A DNA stretch of 64,000 bases from Bdellovibrionota bacterium (GTDB lineage Bacteria > Bdellovibrionota_C > UBA2361 > JAAYZI01). Location of the stretch: contig JBMNIF010000003.1 in the NCBI GenBank assembly GCA_050950765.1, positions 256,001 through 320,000 on the forward strand, written 5' to 3'. A program made the position numbers and the translations under genes. Under the pieces are notes generated by a model. The model saw nothing but the letters and a program-made list of their open reading frames with translations. It was not told the origin of the DNA and made no database searches. Positions 59,925 to 64,000 of the stretch are shown in pieces (the first letter of the stretch is position 1; every line of letters starts with the position of its first letter).

Positions 59925-62072
59925 ATGGATTATGGGCAACACTCTTCAATTGTAAGTTTCATCTGGAACATAGCGGATGATGTTTTGCGGGATGTTTATG
60001 TCCGAGGCAAATATAGAGATGTCATTTTGCCGATGACGGTTCTAAGGCGTCTGGATGCGGTGCTTGAGCCCACCAAGCAAGCTGTCCTTGACATGAAAAA
60101 AAAGCTCGATGATGCCAAAATTGCAAATCAAGAAGCCGCATTGCAGGAAGCTGCTGGTCAGGCATTTTATAATACTTCACAGTTTTCCCTTCGTGACCTG
60201 AAGGCGAGAGCAACACAGCAGAAACTTAAATCAGATTTTGAAGATTACCTGGACGGTTTCTCCTCTAATGTCCAAGACATTGTTGAAAACTTTGAATTCA
60301 GAGCACAGCTAACAAAACTTTCCAAAGCTGATGCACTTGGATCGCTGGTTGAAAAGTTCACTGATTCCTCTATTAATCTCAGTCCGAATCCAGTCTTAAA
60401 TTCTGACGGAACTGTTCGCCTGCCAGGGCTTGATAATCATGCCATGGGGACGGTTTTTGAAGAGTTAATTCGAAAATTCAATGAAGAGAACAACGAAGAA
60501 GCCGGAGAGCACTTTACGCCGCGAGATGTTGTAAAGCTTATGGCTGATATGATCTTTTTGCCGGTTGCAAAGGAAATTCGATCTGGAACTTATCTTGTGT
60601 ATGACGGTGCCTGCGGAACTGGCGGAATGCTGACAGTTGCCGAAGAGCGGCTAAAAGAACTGGCAAAAGAGCATAAGAAGGATGTCTCGATTCACCTCTT
60701 TGGACAGGAGATCAACGCTGAAACCTATGCCATCTGTAAAGCCGATCTGCTCCTAAAAGGTGAAGGTGTGGCTGCTGATAACATTATCGGCGGCAGTGAT
60801 AAGTCAACTCTTTCCAACGATGCCTTTCCTTCAAAAGAATTTGACTTCATGCTTTCAAATCCACCTTATGGGAAAAGCTGGAAAACTGACCTTGAACGAA
60901 TGGGCGGCAAAAAAGATATCCGTGATGCACGCTTTGTTATTGAGCATAACGGTGATCCCGAATTCAATATGCTGACCCGCTCAAGCGATGGGCAGTTGAT
61001 GTTTCTGGTAAACATGCTTTCTAAGATGAAGCACAAGACGCCGCTTGGAAGTAGAATCGCGGAAGTCCATAACGGTTCATCCCTGTTTACAGGGGATGCC
61101 GGTCAGGGTGAAAGTAATATCCGCCGCTGGATTCTTGAAAATGACTGGCTTGAGGCTATTGTGGCTCTGCCGCTTAATATCTTTTATAACACCGGCATTG
61201 CCACCTACATCTGGATCTTAAGCAATAAGAAAGCCCCGGAGCGTAAAGGCAAAGTCCAGCTAATTGACGCCACAAACTGGTTTAAGGCGCTTAGAAAGAA
61301 TCTTGGAAAGAAAAACTGCGAACTCGGTGCGGAGGACATTCAGCGAATTAACGATGTATTCTTAGGCTTTAAAGAAACGGAAGAATCGAAGATCTTTAGA
61401 AACGAGGATTTTGGCTACTGGAAAGTTACAGTCGAAAGACCTCTTCGGCTTAGTGTATCGCTTGATGAGGAAGCTCTTTCTGCTTTCGAAAAAGCCTGCG
61501 CCGATGCAAAAGAGAAGAAACTATATGAACTGATTGCCGGGGTTGCTAAGAATCTTGGCGCAGGTCCGCATAAGAATTACAATCTCTTTCTTGACGAAGT
61601 TCAGGAAGCCGCGAAAGCGGCAGACATTAAACTTTCCGCTAAAGCAATAAAGCTCATTCAAACTTCTCTTGCCGTAAAAGACGAGACAGCCGAGCCGGTA
61701 ATCAAGAAGATTCACAAAGCAGGCAAAGCAGAGCCAAATCCGCTGGAGGGTCGCTTCGGGATAAAGATCGCTGGAAAGGATACGGTTGTTGAGTATGAGC
61801 CTGACAGTGATCTGCGTGATACAGAGCAGGTGCCTTTACTTGAAGAGGGTGGAATTGAAGCATTTATCAAACGAGAAGTGCTGCCGCATGTTCCCGACGC
61901 CTGGGTTGATATTGACGGTAAAAAGATCGGTTATGAGATCAATTTCAATCGGTATTTTTATAAGCCACAGAAGTTGAGGACACTGGAGGAGATTAAGGCG
62001 GATATTTTTGCTCTTGAGCGGGAGACGGAAGGTTTGTTGCAGCAAATTGTAGGGGAGGCATCAGCGTCATGA
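59925..62072 (+). CDS. hsdM: Type I R-M methyltransferase subunit
   Basis: FIWNIAD, GEHFTPRDVV, YDGACGTGGML, GQEIN, NPPYG, FYNTGI. Confidence 0.96.
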   Translation: MDYGQHSSIVSFIWNIADDVLRDVYVRGKYRDVILPMTVLRRLDAVLEPTKQAVLDMKKKLDDAKIANQEAALQEAAGQAFYNTSQFSLRDLKARATQQKLKSDFEDYLDGFSSNVQDIVENFEFRAQLTKLSKADALGSLVEKFTDSSINLSPNPVLNSDGTVRLPGLDNHAMGTVFEELIRKFNEENNEEAGEHFTPRDVVKLMADMIFLPVAKEIRSGTYLVYDGACGTGGMLTVAEERLKELAKEHKKDVSIHLFGQEINAETYAICKADLLLKGEGVAADNIIGGSDKSTLSNDAFPSKEFDFMLSNPPYGKSWKTDLERMGGKKDIRDARFVIEHNGDPEFNMLTRSSDGQLMFLVNMLSKMKHKTPLGSRIAEVHNGSSLFTGDAGQGESNIRRWILENDWLEAIVALPLNIFYNTGIATYIWILSNKKAPERKGKVQLIDATNWFKALRKNLGKKNCELGAEDIQRINDVFLGFKETEESKIFRNEDFGYWKVTVERPLRLSVSLDEEALSAFEKACADAKEKKLYELIAGVAKNLGAGPHKNYNLFLDEVQEAAKAADIKLSAKAIKLIQTSLAVKDETAEPVIKKIHKAGKAEPNPLEGRFGIKIAGKDTVVEYEPDSDLRDTEQVPLLEEGGIEAFIKREVLPHVPDAWVDIDGKKIGYEINFNRYFYKPQKLRTLEEIKADIFALERETEGLLQQIVGEASAS

Positions 62073-63445
62073 AACTAGCGCCTTATTCCCGTTATTCGCA
62101 GGTTGGTCTTCCGTGGCTGAAGCAGCTTCCAGAAGGATGGGAGCTTCGGCGAGCCAAGTTTGTTTTTGATGCAATCGATATTCGTTCAGAGACAGGAGAA
62201 GAGGAAATCTTAACTGTATCTTCAAGCGATGGAGTGGTCCCGCGTAGTCAGAAAAATGTTACAATGTTTATGGCAGAGTCATATGTGGGGCACAAGCTAT
62301 GCTGGGCGGGTGATTTGGTGATTAACAGCCTTTGGGCTTGGGCTAAGGGTTTAGGCTTTGCTCGACAACACGGGCTTGTAAGCTCAGCATATGGCGTCTA
62401 TCGCTTGAAAAAGCCGTATCAGGCATATGAAAACTTCCTTCATTATGCTTTGCGTTCTATGGCATATGACTGGGAGTTCCGTGTGCGTTCTAAAGGGATT
62501 TGGACATCGCGTCTCCAATTAACGGACGATTCTTTCTTTAATATTCCAATTATTCTCCCCCCTCCCGACGAACAACAAAAAATCGTCAACTTCATCCAGC
62601 AGCAAGACCGCCGCATTCGGTGGTTTATTCGGAATAAGCGGAGGTTGATTGAGTTGTTGCGGGAAAGAAGGAGAGGTGTTTGCAGCAAGGCGACTGGTAA
62701 AGGGGTAAATTCGGAAGCCCCCATGATACAGAGCGATTTTCCGTGGATTGGAGAGGTGCCAGCCCACTGGAAGATTACACGAGTAAAGAATGAGTTTTTG
62801 TGTTTGAACAATAAGAGAGTGCCGTTAAGTGCAACCGTTCGAGGCGAAATGACATCCCGTAATTACGACTATTACGGAGCCTCCGGCGTTATTGATAAAG
62901 TTGATGATTATCTCTTTGACGATGAACTGTTACTTGTCGCAGAAGATGGCGCCAATCTTGTTCTGAGAAATTTGCCTTTGGCAATAATTGCCAAGGGGAA
63001 ATTTTGGGTTAACAATCATGCTCATATTCTAAAACCCAAGGATGGGAACCTTGAATACCTAGCACTTGTATTGGAGCGATTGAACTATCTGCCATGGATT
63101 ACAGGTGCTGCCCAGCCAAAGCTAACCAAAGATCGACTACTTGCTATTCCTATCGCCCTTCCTGATTCGAGAGAGCAAATGTTGATAATGGATAGCATCA
63201 AAGGAGAACTAGAACCGTTAGATGCCAGCATAAGTCAAGCCAACTCCGAGTTAAAGCTAATGGGTGAATACCGCTCCCGCCTCATCGCCGATTCCGTTAC
63301 CGGCAAAATAGATCTTAGAAGTGTATCCCTCGAAGCTGCGGCAGACGAAATCGAAGAAGACCTGACCGAGATCTCAGAAAACGGCTTTGAGGATATGCCG
63401 GAAGACGAGGCGGAGCTTGAAGAGGAGACTGCTTATGCCAACTGA
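62069..63445 (+). CDS. hsdS: Type I R-M specificity subunit
   Basis: Two TRDs with conserved LPEGW / VPAHW and PPPDEQQKI / PDSREQ spacers; acidic tail; ATGA overlap with hsdM. Confidence 0.94.
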   Translation: MKLAPYSRYSQVGLPWLKQLPEGWELRRAKFVFDAIDIRSETGEEEILTVSSSDGVVPRSQKNVTMFMAESYVGHKLCWAGDLVINSLWAWAKGLGFARQHGLVSSAYGVYRLKKPYQAYENFLHYALRSMAYDWEFRVRSKGIWTSRLQLTDDSFFNIPIILPPPDEQQKIVNFIQQQDRRIRWFIRNKRRLIELLRERRRGVCSKATGKGVNSEAPMIQSDFPWIGEVPAHWKITRVKNEFLCLNNKRVPLSATVRGEMTSRNYDYYGASGVIDKVDDYLFDDELLLVAEDGANLVLRNLPLAIIAKGKFWVNNHAHILKPKDGNLEYLALVLERLNYLPWITGAAQPKLTKDRLLAIPIALPDSREQMLIMDSIKGELEPLDASISQANSELKLMGEYRSRLIADSVTGKIDLRSVSLEAAADEIEEDLTEISENGFEDMPEDEAELEEETAYAN

Positions 63446-64000
63446 TACCACCGAAAAAGGTCTTGAATCAATGATAGTAGCCTCACTGGTATCAGAGGCT
63501 GGCTATATCCAGGGTTCGCCAGAGGATTATGACCGTGACCATGCTGTAGACCTGAAGCAGCTTTTAGCTTTCATCGAAGACACCCAGCCGGAAAAGTTTG
63601 CTCAACTTTCTATCTCAACCGATTCACCTGAACGCCAGAAATTCTTAAATCGTTTGCAAGGGGAAGTTGCTAAGCGCGGAGTTATTGATCTCCTGCGAAA
63701 CGGAATCAAGCACGGTCCGATTTCTCTTGATCTTTATTATGGATTACCAACTCCGGGTAATGCAAAGGCTGAAGAGCGGTTCAGGGCGAACCGTTTCAGT
63801 GTTACCCGCCAGCTCTGTTACAGTAAAGACGAATCCAGACTAGCTCTGGACATGGCAATTTTTATCAATGGCTTGCCGTTTGCCACCTTTGAGCTAAAAA
63901 ACAGCCTTACCAAGCAAACCGTCGAAGATGCTGTGCAGCAGTATAGAAGAGACCGCGACCCGAAAGAGCTTATCTTTCAGTTTGGGCGCTGTGCTGTGCA
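63435..64000 (+). CDS. hsdR: Type I R-M restriction subunit (5' part; truncated by window end, absent from ORF track)
   Basis: Manual translation MPTDTTEKGLE...VTRQL.YS...LDMAIFINGLPFATFELKN...AVQQY; PD-(D/E)xK nuclease motif; frame open to the end. Confidence 0.93.
   Translation, partial: MPTDTTEKGLESMIVASLVSEAGYIQGSPEDYDRDHAVDLKQLLAFIEDTQPEKFAQLSISTDSPERQKFLNRLQGEVAKRGVIDLLRNGIKHGPISLDLYYGLPTPGNAKAEERFRANRFSVTRQLCYSKDESRLALDMAIFINGLPFATFELKNSLTKQTVEDAVQQYRRDRDPKELIFQFGRCAV

Larger units (their letters stand above)
54955..64000. mobile_element. Integrative element / genomic island at the 3' end of tRNA-His, extending beyond the window
   Basis: Repressor, xis and tyrosine integrase right after the tRNA, then an HUH protein, RHH protein and type I R-M cargo; right boundary not visible. 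Confidence 0.88.

Noticed and set aside
610..62811. Many short antisense or out-of-frame ORFs in the track (e.g. 6874-7221, 10317-10808, 52208-52708, 62443-62811)
   Set aside because: They lie within well-supported genes and show no motifs; treated as shadow ORFs
59716..64000. MADS defence system
   Set aside because: The leading HTH is similar in type, but the following genes are a standard hsdM-hsdS-hsdR set; no other mad genes are visible in the window
54955..64000. Complete prophage
   Set aside because: No terminase, portal, capsid, tail or lysis genes in the visible part

Overview
AT-rich bacterial chromosome segment. Gene content and order (def-fmt-rpe, cmk-rpsA, rnfBCDGEA, short flagellin, Lnt, OmpA) suggest a diderm, possibly deltaproteobacteria/Bdellovibrionota-like anaerobe; this is inference only. 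Positions 1-54,954 are mostly housekeeping: plsB, a feoA-feoB-Cys-rich peptide-DtxR iron operon with a perfect palindromic operator, orphan flagellin, trxA, hemY, ispG, rpmG, tyrS, lnt, mscL, a GH13 glucosidase, a Ser/Thr kinase, dnaB, an FHA protein, hpt, purC, def-fmt-rpe (rpe has a 1-nt frameshift), cmk-rpsA, a sulfatase, an RcnA-like exporter, the Rnf operon and tRNA-His. This part also holds three intact but catalytically degenerate pseudoenzymes (P1B-ATPase, PRTase, NYN), a possible HU-like/SUFU fusion protein, and a REP/BIME-like mosaic repeat family with IHF-like sites at two convergent intergenic regions. From about 54,955 to the window end lies an integrative element inserted at tRNA-His. 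It carries a repressor and xis-int with face-to-face promoters, an HUH (rolling-circle-type) endonuclease, an RHH protein, small ORFs, and a type I restriction-modification system whose hsdR runs off the window. The best candidate for an undescribed system is this element's rep module: T4-late-promoter-like motifs precede its genes and one protein begins with a T4-type capsid-targeting-like sequence, suggesting a satellite or defence element keyed to T4-like phages. That interpretation is a hypothesis.
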